From: Naegleria gruberi
Lineage: Eukaryota
DNA: 64,000 nt
Assembly (NCBI GenBank): GCA_000004985.1
Contig: GG738852.1
Direction: 5' to 3' (one strand)
Made by a program: the position numbers and the translations under genes. Shown in pieces: positions 1 through 11,290 of this stretch (the first letter of the stretch is position 1; each line of letters begins with the position of its first letter). Under the pieces are notes generated by a model. It had not been told where the DNA came from, made no database searches, and was given only the letters and a program-made list of their open reading frames with translations.

Positions 1-224
1 TGATTTGTTTTGATTTCATTTTTTAAGCTAAATTGATGATGATCTGAATCTAGAAGTTTCTATTTATGATAAAAGAAATGAGGAATTCGAATTAGAACCG
101 AATGAATGAAGAAAATTTCTTTTTCTGAAAGGACGAAAAGAGAAATTAACTAAACTCGATGGGAATTCACAACGTTTAAAAAGATATCACTCATAACTTT
201 GAATTGACAACTTTCCAATTAAAA

Positions 225-623
225 ATGAAATCAAATCGTTTGGTTATTATTGCACTTCTCATGGTTCTGGTTGGCTTGATGATTGCAACGACAATTGTAA
301 GCTGCCAAGAAGCTAGTGATACTACTATAATTGCTGAAGACAGTTCTGGTCAATCAGGAGAACAACAAGGTGGTGATTCTGATAGTGCAGATACATTGAG
401 TCCAGGTGATGTAGAAGATTCAGATACTACCGACATTCCAGTTGACATTAACGTTGGTAGAGGAGGAAATACAAGAGATGTTAATAGTTTAAGGGGATTT
501 AATATACTTCACGAACATTTAGATTGTAAGCCAAGTTCCAAAATGTTATTGGCTTGTAGTAAGTGTGCAGAAAAAGTATTAAGCTTTGACAGAAATGGGT
601 GTTTGGTCTGTTCTTGTAATTAA
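225..623 (+). CDS. Small secreted protein: N-terminal signal peptide, acidic S/D/G-rich middle, C-terminal Cys-rich knot (CKPSS..CSKC..CLVCSC)
   Basis: ORF 204..623. The first real ATG is at 225 (MKSNRLVIIALLMVLVGLMIA reads as a signal peptide). There are 8 Cys in the last 35 aa. No recognisable family. Confidence 0.4.
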   Translation: MKSNRLVIIALLMVLVGLMIATTIVSCQEASDTTIIAEDSSGQSGEQQGGDSDSADTLSPGDVEDSDTTDIPVDINVGRGGNTRDVNSLRGFNILHEHLDCKPSSKMLLACSKCAEKVLSFDRNGCLVCSCN

Positions 624-635
624 ACAACTAATAAA

Positions 636-2129
636 TTAATTGAGCAAATTGAGAGCTTCAATCAAATTCTTTCTGGCAGTATCTACATCTTCAAATTGAA
701 GTGAACTAATTGCAAATTTACATAATTTTTGTGCCTTCATCATATCATCGAGAGAGACTTCTCTCTTTGGTCCATTAGTATTGAGAACTGGTTGAGTAGT
801 AGTGGTGGAATATGTTGGAGTTACAGGAGATGAGCTAATTGGAGTAGATGATGAGCTTGCTGGTTTTGGAATTGTTGAAACAGATTTTGGTTGTTGAAGT
901 GGTTGTTGAGGTGGTTGAGTAAAAACAGGAGGTTGTACAAATTGTTGTTGTTGAGGTGGTTGAGGAGGAGGTTGATTAAATGTTGGTTGTTGTTGTTGAG
1001 GAGGAGGTTGTACAAATTGTTGTTGTTGTTGAGGTGGTTGTTGATATTGTGGTGGAACAAATGAAGGAGGTGAAACTTGTCTTGGAGGTTCATAAACAGT
1101 TGGTGAAGTGTTAAATGCAGATCTATTATTTGTTGGTGGAATAGGAGGTTGATTCCATGATGGGAAAGATTGTTCTTCTGTTGTTGTTGGAGAAATTTTC
1201 ATGGCATCATGATTAGTGTCAAAACTCCATGATGAAGGTTGTGGAATATTATTGTTGATATTAACTGAAGATGTTTGTTGTGAAGTTGACAAATTGAGTA
1301 ATCGTTGTTGTTCCATCAAATATTTAGTAACTTCATCTTCGTCATTGGAAGCATCATTGTTAATAGTATTTGCTGTTTGAGTTGGCATGTATTGCAATTG
1401 ATCATCTTCCTCTTCAGCTGTTTCTTCACTTGTAACTGGAGTAACAGGTTGACCTGTTCTAACTGATTTTTGAATTTCAGCAGCTCTCCACTTGGCATAC
1501 TTTTGTTTTTCCATCATCTATTAGTAATAATTAAATATGTTATTATATAATATGAAATTATTCAATGGAACCGAATGATAATAAAACACATACATCCGAA
1601 CTTAAATCACCAAATTGTTTGGTAACTTCAATCAAAATAGAGGCAGCATAATATAATTTAGCAATTTGACTATTTTCCAATGTTTTTAAACAATGATTGG
1701 TTGTTAATCAATTTAAATTATTATTATTATCATCATCATATTCATAAATATGTTTAATTAATATTATTAAATATATAAATAACAATAATAATAATAAACT
1801 TACGTATCGTGTCTTCCTGCACGATCGGCATCATCAGCCTTTTTAAAAACCTTCAAAGCAAAAACTTCAACAACACCCTTGGCTTCATCTTCTTGTGCTT
1901 CAATATTCAATTGTTCCTTATCTTGTTCCAATTGATCCATCAATCCAGTAAGTAAATTAGTAGCTTCATCATCGGCCTGATCTTGCGATTGAATAATTGA
2001 AATTCCCAATTGTGCAGCATAGGTTCTACAATAAAAACTCACAATAGGAGCTCTCTTTTCAAATTCATTGGCTCTTTGAATATAGGGAACGAGCGGCTTC
2101 AAGGAGGCTGGGTAATCATTGAGGGACAT
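636..2129 (-). CDS. vta1: Vta1/LIP5 (Vps4 cofactor, ESCRT-III disassembly). Exons 2129..1804, 1669..1594, 1517..636
   Basis: N-terminal MIT-like region (PLVPYIQRANEFEKRAPIVSFYCRTYAAQ .. DDADRAGRHD) matches LIP5 (YADNEDRAGRFHKNM). Exon 2 (QIAKLYYAASILIEVTKQFGDLSSD) matches IKSFYTASLLIDVITVFGELTDEN. Exon 3 starts KQKYAKWRAAEI (= KHRKYARWKATYI) and ends with the VSL domain (KAQKLCKFAISSLQFEDVDTARKNLIEALNLL). GTAAGT and GTATGT donors and in-phase acceptors verified. A long P/Q-rich linker separates the domains. Confidence 0.8.
880..1080 (-). repeat. Coding CAA/CCA microsatellite-like tract (poly-Q/P linker of Vta1)
   Basis: The plus strand reads ttgttgttgttgaggtggttg repeated. It translates on the minus strand to QQPPQQQQQFVQPPPQQQQPTFNQPPPQPPQQQQ. 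Confidence 0.7.
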
Positions 2130-2985
2130 TTTTTTTTAATAATTTTAATGGGAAGAAATTGTTGTATTTTAATGTTCCTCTATGAACATCTTCCTCTTCT
2201 AATTGAAAAACATTAAAATTTTATAAAAAAAAAATGAAAAGAAGCGCGGAGATTTGAATTGGAAGGTTAATTGGAAGATGGAGTAGGGATTTGATGATCT
2301 TAATGCAATTACTTTGTAAGAAATATCGCTCCTCTAAAATTAAGCAACTTATGTTCATGAATTAAATTATTATTTGAGTAAACTAATCTCGAATGATTGA
2401 TGGAATTAGGTTGGATTTGAAATTGGCATTGGTACGTTAAATACTTAATATTTTGGATGATGATTTATATAGTAAGAAATCTTATCCTAAAACAATGACT
2501 GGCTTTTTGAATCAAAGTTAGTTTCACTTAAGCTTTGTTGTCAATAATTCACAAGTCAACTAACCTGTATATGGGGAAGATAACTCTAGTTTTCTGAATT
2601 GATTCTTGATTATTTGGTAATTGTAAGTTATTTGAATAATTCAATGCATTCACACAACCTAAATTGTTAGCGTTTATTCTTGTAATTTGAAACTTGATAG
2701 TTAGTGTCAGTTCATTCCAGAACTTGTAAAATTTCAATAAAGTTGAACTGTAAATTTGATACCTTGTTTATTGAAAATTGAGTACCATTTCATAAAAAAC
2801 AAGGGTAATAGATTAGTAGAAATTGGTGTATTGTTGGATAAAACAATTTTTAACCAAGCCAGACCTAAATCCATCACAGTAAGTGTGTTTTGAAATAAAC
2901 AAGAGACCTTCTTTCATTACCATTGAAAATGATTTAGAGAATATCAAGAGTTTAATGAACTAGAGCTCAAGTTGAAAATGATTCT

Positions 2986-3381
2986 TTATTTACAATCATC
3001 CATAATTTCCTTACTGATCTGTTCAACGATTTTGGCTTCCTTTGCTGCTGTTTCATTATCAGAATCAATCATTCCTATTAATTGAGTTGGTAACATCGTT
3101 GTCATCTTTAATGGTCCACCTTTTACTTCAGAATAGATCATTACTCTACAAGGAAGTGCCAAAGCAATCATTCTGTTCGATTTCACAACAGACGAAGCAA
3201 TCACAGGATTACAAATCTCGCACACTATACATTCCTCATCATATTCAATTTGTTTTTCATTGAATTTTTGCTTGAAATTATGAGAAATCAAAACTCCGAA
3301 CTGTCTCTTCTGACAAGATTGTTTGAAACGTTCGATGAGAATTGATGGCTCAGTTTCACTAGTTTCAACAGTGTAATACAT
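2986..3381 (-). CDS. DUF302-family small protein
   Basis: 131 aa with a real ATG. The motif run ..CNP..ALALPCRVMIY.. is typical of DUF302 (TT1751-like) proteins. Confidence 0.45.
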   Translation of the reverse strand: MYYTVETSETEPSILIERFKQSCQKRQFGVLISHNFKQKFNEKQIEYDEECIVCEICNPVIASSVVKSNRMIALALPCRVMIYSEVKGGPLKMTTMLPTQLIGMIDSDNETAAKEAKIVEQISKEIMDDCK

Positions 3382-3511
3382 TTTTTTGAGTTGTTTTTAT
3401 ATGAAACTGTTCGTGTTGATCTCAAACCTTAAATAGATTTGAATAGGACGGCAGATTTGGTCGGCGAAAATTGAGGGGAAATTTGTGTTGTAAAAACTGA
3501 AATTCTTTCCA

Positions 3512-4420
3512 TCAATCAGCATCACAACCACAACTGCCACACGAGCCATCTGAATAATAATCATAGGTGTAGGTATCAGAAGTGGAGGTATTGTCAATTG
3601 GTGGGTCATCTTTTTTGTTGTTAACTTTCTCTGTTTTAGATGCCCAACAAAAAATCAAAACAATTACAACAATTCCACCTACGATGATAAAGGGTGGAAT
3701 GCTTGATGGAGTGCATAATTCAATTGTTGAACTCTTTACAATTCCTTTCAAATTAATACTCATGACACTTTGTGGAGAAAGTTGTCTGAAATGTTCTTCA
3801 ATTCTATGCATTCCTTTTTCAATAACCTTTGGAGAAACATCATCGTTCAGTCGATACAATTTTGAAGGATATTCAATTCTGAAAGTAGCTTTGTCAACAT
3901 ATCCCTTTTTAAATTTCATATTCCATCCCAATTCGAAAGTCTTTCGTTCACCATCTTGATAGCCAGCCAGTGGTCCTTTAATTAAATAGGTGAAAGTGAA
4001 TTTGACATAGGTAGTTTGATCTGTTGGTGTTCTTTCTTTTAGGAAAGCAATTATGGAAAAACAGGATTTTTTCTGAGATAGATCTGTTTCAGTTTTGAAC
4101 ACTTTCGAATAATTGGAAGAAACCATCAAATCTTCAACAATAAACTGCCCTGCATTAAAAGGTAAATTAGAATGACAAATAGCTCTCTCAACTCTTCCAA
4201 AATCTCCCTCAAAACCAAACACTATTTCTTCCTGCACATTGATCATACATGAACTGCCCAATCTCAGAGTTGACATTACAGAAGAAACCCAATAATACTT
4301 TTTTGATTTTGAATTGAAAAACCATGCCTCTACCAATGAACCCCCAACAATCATCAACACGATCACGAACACTCCCATTACAAGAGGCAGCAATGATCCT
4401 TTTCTAAGTAGTTGAGCCAT
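3512..4420 (-). CDS. Hypothetical membrane protein: N-terminal signal-anchor, C-terminal TM plus a Cys-rich cytoplasmic tail (SCGSCGCDAD)
   Basis: The ORF 3512..4471 begins with TTG; the first ATG gives MAQLLRKGSLLPLVMGVFVIVLMIVGG. A second hydrophobic segment (PPFIIVGGIVVIVLIFCW) lies near the C-terminus. No family assignment. Confidence 0.4.
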   Translation of the reverse strand: MAQLLRKGSLLPLVMGVFVIVLMIVGGSLVEAWFFNSKSKKYYWVSSVMSTLRLGSSCMINVQEEIVFGFEGDFGRVERAICHSNLPFNAGQFIVEDLMVSSNYSKVFKTETDLSQKKSCFSIIAFLKERTPTDQTTYVKFTFTYLIKGPLAGYQDGERKTFELGWNMKFKKGYVDKATFRIEYPSKLYRLNDDVSPKVIEKGMHRIEEHFRQLSPQSVMSINLKGIVKSSTIELCTPSSIPPFIIVGGIVVIVLIFCWASKTEKVNNKKDDPPIDNTSTSDTYTYDYYSDGSCGSCGCDAD

Positions 4421-4874
4421 TTTGTTTTTGAAGAATTTTTGTTTTCTCGCAGAGATGGAAATTGCAACCAACTTTCAACTTGGAACATTGCTCTGCATTT
4501 ACAGCTTGAATTGATATGGAAAACACGTGTTTTTTTGAAACAAGATTCTATCAATAGCACAGTTGCAATCCAAGCTATCAGTTTGAATCATTTCCTGAAA
4601 AGAAAATCAATACTGACACTCAATACATTAAGCAGTACAACTCGATGTGAAATATCTTGGAGGAAGATCTGCGAAAAGGCGGACAAGTTGAACGTTAGGA
4701 AAAATCAAATTTCGATTTTTTTCAAAAACTTTAAAAAAACCAACAAATTAAATTTCCTTCATAGAGAGTTTGTGTGCTCCGAAGATTACTTGTTAAATGG
4801 AAGGAAGAGAATAGAGGATATTTAGATATTGAATAGAATATTATCAAAACAAAAGAATATAAATCTAATATATA

Positions 4875-5729
4875 ATGCTGCTGCGAGGAATTACCAACAT
4901 CAAGTTTAATCATACAACAACAAGAAGAAACAGCCTAACAATGACGATGATGATGATAAATATTGCTTCACTATTATTAATCATTAATATGATGATAATG
5001 GTGATACAGAGTAATGGATTGGTGGAGGCTCAAAACTTTTGTAAGACTTATACAGACTGCTCGGGATGTGTTCAATCACCAGATAATGGTTGTGTTTGGT
5101 GTTCTTCATCGAGATTGTGTGTACCAGTGACTTCTACCTTCTCACCATCGATAGGTTATACTATTGAAGCTGAGTGTCCTATTCAGAGTGAACCAATTTC
5201 ACTATTTACAGAGATGTGTACTGATCCACTTTTTGAAATTTGTGGTAATAGAGAATTGCCCAATATTGTGGAATCTAATTCATCTCTTTTCGATGCTTCT
5301 TCATCAACATTTGAAAGTACTAAATCTAATCAAAGTGTAAAGGATGTTTCATTGTGTCAGGAACATACAGATTGTGTTTCTGATAAGAATTGTGTCTATG
5401 TTTCAAGGGGTTTTTTCACAATTACTGATCCAGAGAGTTTGGAATCGAGAGTTATTCCACTTGGAGCGAATGGAACTTGTTGGAGAGCTTTACCTGTTCT
5501 TGGCTCACCTGTTTCATATAATGTTCATCGTGGAGGTTTAATTTACTCTCTCACTACACAAGAAACCTACTATGCAACATGTGTCATTAGAGAAGTGTAC
5601 TATTGGGTCATTATTGGATGCAGTTTATTGGCCATTTCATGTTGCATTTGTACTGGATGTGTTTGTTGTCTGTGTTGTTTCTGTTTCTATTGTAAGAGAG
5701 ATAGAAGATACATTTCACTCAATGGTTAA
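4875..5729 (+). CDS. PSI (plexin/semaphorin/integrin)-domain type-I membrane protein with a poly-Cys juxtamembrane tail
   Basis: Signal peptide (alternative start at 4941: MTMMMINIASLLLIINMMIMV). PSI-like Cys pattern CKTYTDCSGCVQSPDNGCVWCSSSRLCV. C-terminal TM followed by CCICTGCVCCLCCFCFYC, a probable palmitoylation cluster. Confidence 0.5.
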   Translation: MLLRGITNIKFNHTTTRRNSLTMTMMMINIASLLLIINMMIMVIQSNGLVEAQNFCKTYTDCSGCVQSPDNGCVWCSSSRLCVPVTSTFSPSIGYTIEAECPIQSEPISLFTEMCTDPLFEICGNRELPNIVESNSSLFDASSSTFESTKSNQSVKDVSLCQEHTDCVSDKNCVYVSRGFFTITDPESLESRVIPLGANGTCWRALPVLGSPVSYNVHRGGLIYSLTTQETYYATCVIREVYYWVIIGCSLLAISCCICTGCVCCLCCFCFYCKRDRRYISLNG

Positions 5730-5881
5730 TTTATTTTTCAATATTGTGAAACACTCAACTTGTTGATTAAATATAACATTACTTTTGAAACATTCTATTC
5801 AATTATTTAATATTATTTAATATTATTTATAAGATTTAAAATTTCCCCTTTTTTAGAAATTTAAAATTTGAATAGAAAAAA

Positions 5882-7891
5882 ATGTTATCACAAACTGCTG
5901 CTACTATCAGCACACCCTCCGAAGAACCGTCATCAAATTCTTCTTCTGCTTGTACAAGTGGTGGTTGTGGTGGTGCAACTTTGAAATATAACTTCCAAAA
6001 ACCTAAAGATGAAAGCCTTCCGACTTGTTGTCTCTTCATTACCAATCTTCCATCACTTGGAGAAACATTGTCATCAAAGGAAGAAAATCGTAAAATTTAT
6101 CAAGATTGGTTACATGAAGAATTATCGGAAAATGTTCAAGAGATTGAAATTGAAGCCATTCTTGCACATGAACAAAAATTGAATAAGAAAAAGAAGGATA
6201 AATTGGAAAAGAAGAAAGAATTGGAAGGAGGTGTTGTTGAGCATCCTACCATGCAATTATATGCAGTTTTTGGAAGTGATGATGACTCTGTAAAGGTAAA
6301 GAGTTATCTTTCGGAAAAGTATAGAAGTATGCACATTTCATTTGCTGAACTTGCTGCTGAATCAAAGGAACAACGTAAGAAGAAACATGTTAAAGGATGG
6401 AATATTGATTGTACTTCATCTACTGATCATGTTTCAATTCCTGGATTGTATGTGATTGAAAATTTCATTACAGAAGAGGAAGAAGCTAAAATTATGGAAC
6501 AAGTGGAACCTAAGAATTGGGTTATTGAATTACAAAGACGTGTTCAACATTATGGATTTAAATTTGATTATGATATTAGATCTATTGATTTTAATACTCA
6601 AGTTGAACCAATTCCAGAATATACCACTAATATTATGAATAGAATGAAAGAAGCAATGAAAAAGAAAAAGGAAGAAAATGATTCAACTATTATGAGTGAT
6701 GAATTTATTTCTACTTTTGATTTTGAGACATACAATCCAGATCAATTGACCATTAATGAATATCAACCTGGACAAGGAATTAGACCGCATATTGATGTTC
6801 ACACTCCATTCAATGATGGTCTATTCATTGTTTCTATGCTCGGTAGTGCTGTCATGTACTTTTCTAAATGTGTAGGAGAGGAGGTTGTTGAAAAGAAGTA
6901 TGTCGATCTTCCAAGAAGGTCATTACTTATCCTCGTTGGAGAAGCAAGGTATTTGTGGAGACACGCCATTATGTGTAGAGAACTCGATAGAGTGAATGGA
7001 AAAATCAGAAAGAGACAACGAAGAGTTTCATTGACCATCAGATCAGTTAGAAAGGAAGGATTGTGCACATGCAAGTATACTGATGTTTGTGACTCTCAAC
7101 AAAATAATGAAATTGCTCACAATCTTCCATATTCTCAACAATTGGGAACTACCAATCTAGAAATTGAATACGTTCAAAAGACCTACAATCAAATTGCCTC
7201 TCATTGGGATAAAACAAGACATACACCATGGCCTAGAGTTCACGAATATATTAAGAGTCTATCTGACTATACATTAATTGGAGACATTGGATGTGGAAAG
7301 TAAGTAGTTTATTTCTAAAATGTTGTTGGATATAATAATAATTCAAATAATAGTGGAAAGTATATTAACCTGAATCCAAAATGTATTTGGGTAGCAACTG
7401 ATAGAAGTGAAAAATTATGTGAAATTTGTGTTGAGAAGGGATATGATGTCTCAGTTTCAGATGCTCTCAATCTTCCTTACAAGTCCAACCTTTTCGATGT
7501 CACTCTCAATATTGCCGTTCTCCATCACATTAGCTCTGTTGCCAGAAGAATCAGATTACTAAAGGAATTGGTTAGAGTTACGAGACCAGGAGGTGAAATT
7601 TTAATCTATGCCTGGAGTTATGAGCAAGAAAATTCATCCAAGAGAAAGTTCCAAAGTCAAGATGTGTTTGTACCTTGGAAACTCCAAGCTAAATACTTGA
7701 ATGGTGAGGATGATCAACCATCTCCTGCACTTATTGAAGAAAATGAAGTTACCATCAAGAGATATTGTCACGTTTACAGAAAAGGAGAATTGGATGAGTT
7801 GGTGACAACTAAGGTTAAGGGAGTGGATATTTTGGATTCTTACTTTGATGTTGGAAATTGGTGTTTATTGTTACGTAAGCACAGCAACTAA
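5882..7891 (+). CDS. ALKBH8-like bifunctional protein: AlkB 2OG-Fe(II) oxygenase domain plus class-I SAM methyltransferase (Trm9-like). Exons 5882..7299, 7354..7891
   Basis: AlkB core present (IRPHIDVHTPFNDGLFIVSMLGS..YLWRHAI..RVSLTIRSVR). Methyltransferase motif I (IGDIGCGNGKY) spans the GTAAGT intron 7300..7353. Motif post I-III also present (NIAVLHHISSVARR .. VRVTRPGGEILIYAW). The N-terminus has an RRM-like segment (CLFITNLP). Confidence 0.8.
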
Positions 7892-9730
7892 GTAAAGTTT
7901 GATTTTCTCTTCAATGATAGTAAGGTAGCTGCCAGGAATTTCTTTTTCACACCAATAGAACTGACATAGATTGGTTCTTTGAAGGAATCAACTTTCATGC
8001 CACTATTTGATTTCAATTGAGAATTATTGGCCAAATCATCGATATACAAACTTCCTCCATCTCCAACAAACATAAGGAAAGTATCCTCTACTTGAGGTTT
8101 ATCTAAGGTTGTCATTGTCATTGATAAATCATCCAAAATAACATTGGATTCTGTAATTTGCAATTGTCTATTAATAAAATAAAAGCAATTCAATTTGCTG
8201 CCACATTTCATAACAGTACAGCTAGATTGCTCAAATTTTGGTTTGAAAACCTTTCCATAGGTAGCCACAAGTGCAAAATAGTTATTCTCATCCGTATTGG
8301 AAATGTTAGATTTTTCAGAGATGGTAAATTTGAAACTGCAATTAATTGATCCAGCACGAACATTAGGAATATTGTAAACCTGACCTTTCACTGGAATGAA
8401 AGGTAAAATTGTTGTAATATTTGAATTGTCAGAGTTGGTTCTTGTTATCACTCGTTCTCCTCTCGATATCTTATTAAATGAGGAAGAAGGATTAGAAACG
8501 ACTGGTTTCGAATTTCCTTTGATCGTTGGATTATAGGTTCCCACTGATTGACCATTCTTATGAATACCACTTCCAGATGTATAAAATCCAAATCCACTCG
8601 ATGCTCCTAAAATGGTTGTGTTATAAGTTTTGGATACAGATTGTTGAAATTGTAAACTATTCCAATAAGGTGGGAAATTAACCCACCAACTTGAAAATAC
8701 CACTCCATCAACTTTTTCATCAAAAATCAAATTCTTGAATGGAGATTCGAATACAATATCAAAACAAATAATTAATCCAAATTTCATTCCAAAATCTGTT
8801 GTGAAATAAACTGGTTTACCATCTCCTCTATCTATTCCATCTTCAAAATACTATTTTCATATTTCAATCCACTATTTACTTATCAAATAACTTACCAAAT
8901 GAGTTTTGTGATATTTGGTAACAAACTATTACAGTAATTAATATGAAAATTCCAAATATTATTATACTTACATTTCCATTCCTATCAAACACAACATTTG
9001 TATTATAAAGATACCTCCTATCTATTAATATGTGCATTAGAAAATTCCACCAAATCACAAACATACCACTTGGACATTGAGAATCAACACTTGGATCACA
9101 ATACTGCACATCTCCCATATTAATCACCAAATAAGTGTGATACTTCTTGGCAATGCAACTTGCCCTCTTCAAAACCAAATACTCATTCGGATCACTACAA
9201 AGATCATTCACTGACTCATTCGGCACTTGTTCAAAAAACATGCTCAATCGAGTTCTATTAACCAAACCAGGTCCAAACAATCCATATTCTATTTTCCTCA
9301 ATAACTATTTCCAAAAAACCATTAGAAACCTACCTGGAAAGACAACAATATCCAATGGCGACTGCAATCCCGAAACAATCTTTTCATATTCATCCAAATT
9401 TGCATTCAAAATCTTGTTCGCTTCCTGTTGATTCAAATTTGGATAAAACACATGCATAGCTACAGGTGCATAATCCACCACAGCTGCTCTATATTCCTTC
9501 TCTTCATTCTTTCCTATTGATGATGATATTATTATACGAGATGACAAAATTGTAGAAGGGATTGGCAAGGCTTGTTTTCCATCATTATTATTCTTAATAT
9601 TATTGTTATTATTATTTACAATGTGTCCATTCACTACGACACCTATCCATGAAATCAAACTCAACACCACCACCATCAGCATCACTCCGAGTAAGTTCGA
9701 GTGAGAATCATCAATCAATTTTCTTGCCAT
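7888..9730 (-). CDS. Biotinidase/vanin (pantetheinase)-like carbon-nitrogen hydrolase. Exons 9730..9334, 9288..8972, 8850..7888
   Basis: Signal peptide. CN-hydrolase motifs: YRAAVVDYAPV, catalytic Glu in VVFPE (assembled across the 45-nt intron 9289..9333), NTNVVFDRNGN, and nucleophile Cys in GLIICFDIVFESP. Donors GTAGGT and GTAAGT verified in phase. A C-terminal vanin-like domain is present. Confidence 0.75.
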
Positions 9731-10105
9731 TGAAAGTTTGTTTTTTTTTTAAGTTTTTTGGATTTTTGGTTTTTCTGTGTTTTTAAAAGAACGAAGGAGA
9801 ATTTTGAGGTTCGGACCTTAATGATTAAAGTGCTTGTGTGTGTTGAGAATGATAATTGAAGGTTCTGGGAGGAGAGGAGTTGAAATAGCCGTTCAGAGAT
9901 GTTAGATTCTTCAAGAATAAAGGTTCAATTTGACTGATTCAATTATTCGAAAGTAAATCAAAATCAAAACTATCCAATTCGAATAGTGATTATATTCGAA
10001 ACTCAATCCTAGTACTAGTTTTAAACTGTTCAACTTGGAATGATATGCTCTTTACTAGTTTGTTTGGAGATAATAAAAAGATGCTTCTCCATTCACTTGT
10101 CCTTT

Positions 10106-10909
10106 TCATTGAGTTTTATTCATCTTCCATTGAGAGGAATTGTTAAAACTCATGAAATAGCCCAATATAGCAGATATGAAATAGGTAATGGTAGCAAACA
10201 AGGCATGTCCTGGAGCAAATACTTCACCATCCTCGACAAGATCTGCCATTTTGGAAGTATCCTGTCCATAGAAAATGGCTCTGGTCATGAAAATTCCCAT
10301 TCCAATATATAAACTCAATGCAATCCAAAAACTCTTGAAAATTCTTTCATTTCCATATTTAGTGGCAATGATAAATATTGCACCAATCCAATGGAATGCA
10401 ATTTCCAATAAGCAATTCTCAAATCTTGACCAATTTTCCCAAGTGGCAAATCCAATCTTTTGGGAGGTGAATGGCGGAAGGATGGCCACATCATTTCTTC
10501 TCACAATCACATCCAACAACCAATGAGAGGCAATGGCCATGAAGAATACTCCATATATTGATAGAAAGGAACGATTCTTTGGTCTATTGATTGCACAATA
10601 AAGCAATGACATGCACAATGTCCAAATTACTGAACCAGTCAAACTGTATGAAATGTCATTATGAGGTTCGAATGGGAAAATCTTATTTTCTCTCATGGCT
10701 TTCACATTATATCTACCATATTCCAAACAAAATACATTCTCACATCTTGCATTCGATTCAATTTTCATTTCACATGCCAAATGACAAGTCCAAGAAAATG
10801 AATAAAACATGACATCTATGACTTGAGTAGCAACCATCAACCATGCCAAGGATATATCTCGGAAAAAGTAATGAAGCACTCCTGCAGGGCCGTAATGTCC
10901 TTGAAACAT
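10106..10909 (-). CDS. Multi-pass membrane protein, possibly a membrane-bound metal-dependent hydrolase (YdjM/DUF457-like)
   Basis: 267 aa with 6–7 hydrophobic helices. The His/Asp motifs (MFQGHYGPAGVLHYFF .. SHWLLDVIV) resemble LexA-regulated inner-membrane hydrolases. The assignment is tentative. Confidence 0.35.
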   Translation of the reverse strand: MFQGHYGPAGVLHYFFRDISLAWLMVATQVIDVMFYSFSWTCHLACEMKIESNARCENVFCLEYGRYNVKAMRENKIFPFEPHNDISYSLTGSVIWTLCMSLLYCAINRPKNRSFLSIYGVFFMAIASHWLLDVIVRRNDVAILPPFTSQKIGFATWENWSRFENCLLEIAFHWIGAIFIIATKYGNERIFKSFWIALSLYIGMGIFMTRAIFYGQDTSKMADLVEDGEVFAPGHALFATITYFISAILGYFMSFNNSSQWKMNKTQ

Positions 10910-11290
10910 TTTTTTTAATCAACTTTTTCACATACCCAACCAGTAGGTCGGACAAATAAACGCTAACAAAGATTCATCTTTGGAAATGAACATGTGATTC
11001 AACGAAAATGCATCTAAACACATGTTTACACTTTGAAAATGAGGATTTCAGATGTTTGGTTAGCTTACCGAGACTTGCTTTCTCTATTATTAATAAAGTT
11101 TGCTGAGTTTGGTTATTAAGCAAGTAACTTGTTTGGGATTTTGTGTAAAAAGTATTGTAAAGGGAAAGTAGCAACAAACGTCCCAAATGATGAATCAAAT
11201 TTACAATACTTTTGCTGCTAGCTATTTATCCGTGATCATTTTGAAAGGTCGACTCTTTTGCCATTTCTTCCACTTTAGTTACTTAAAAAA

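Noticed and set aside
821-1093. Antisense and nested ORFs inside low-complexity coding regions (e.g. 821..1093, 1316..1498, 24844..25143, 31076..31341, 32801..33153, 49037..50314, 61910..62265)
   Set aside because: These are frame artefacts of CAA/GAA/AAT-rich coding microsatellites on the opposite strand or in alternate frames of clearly homologous genes. They have no independent support.
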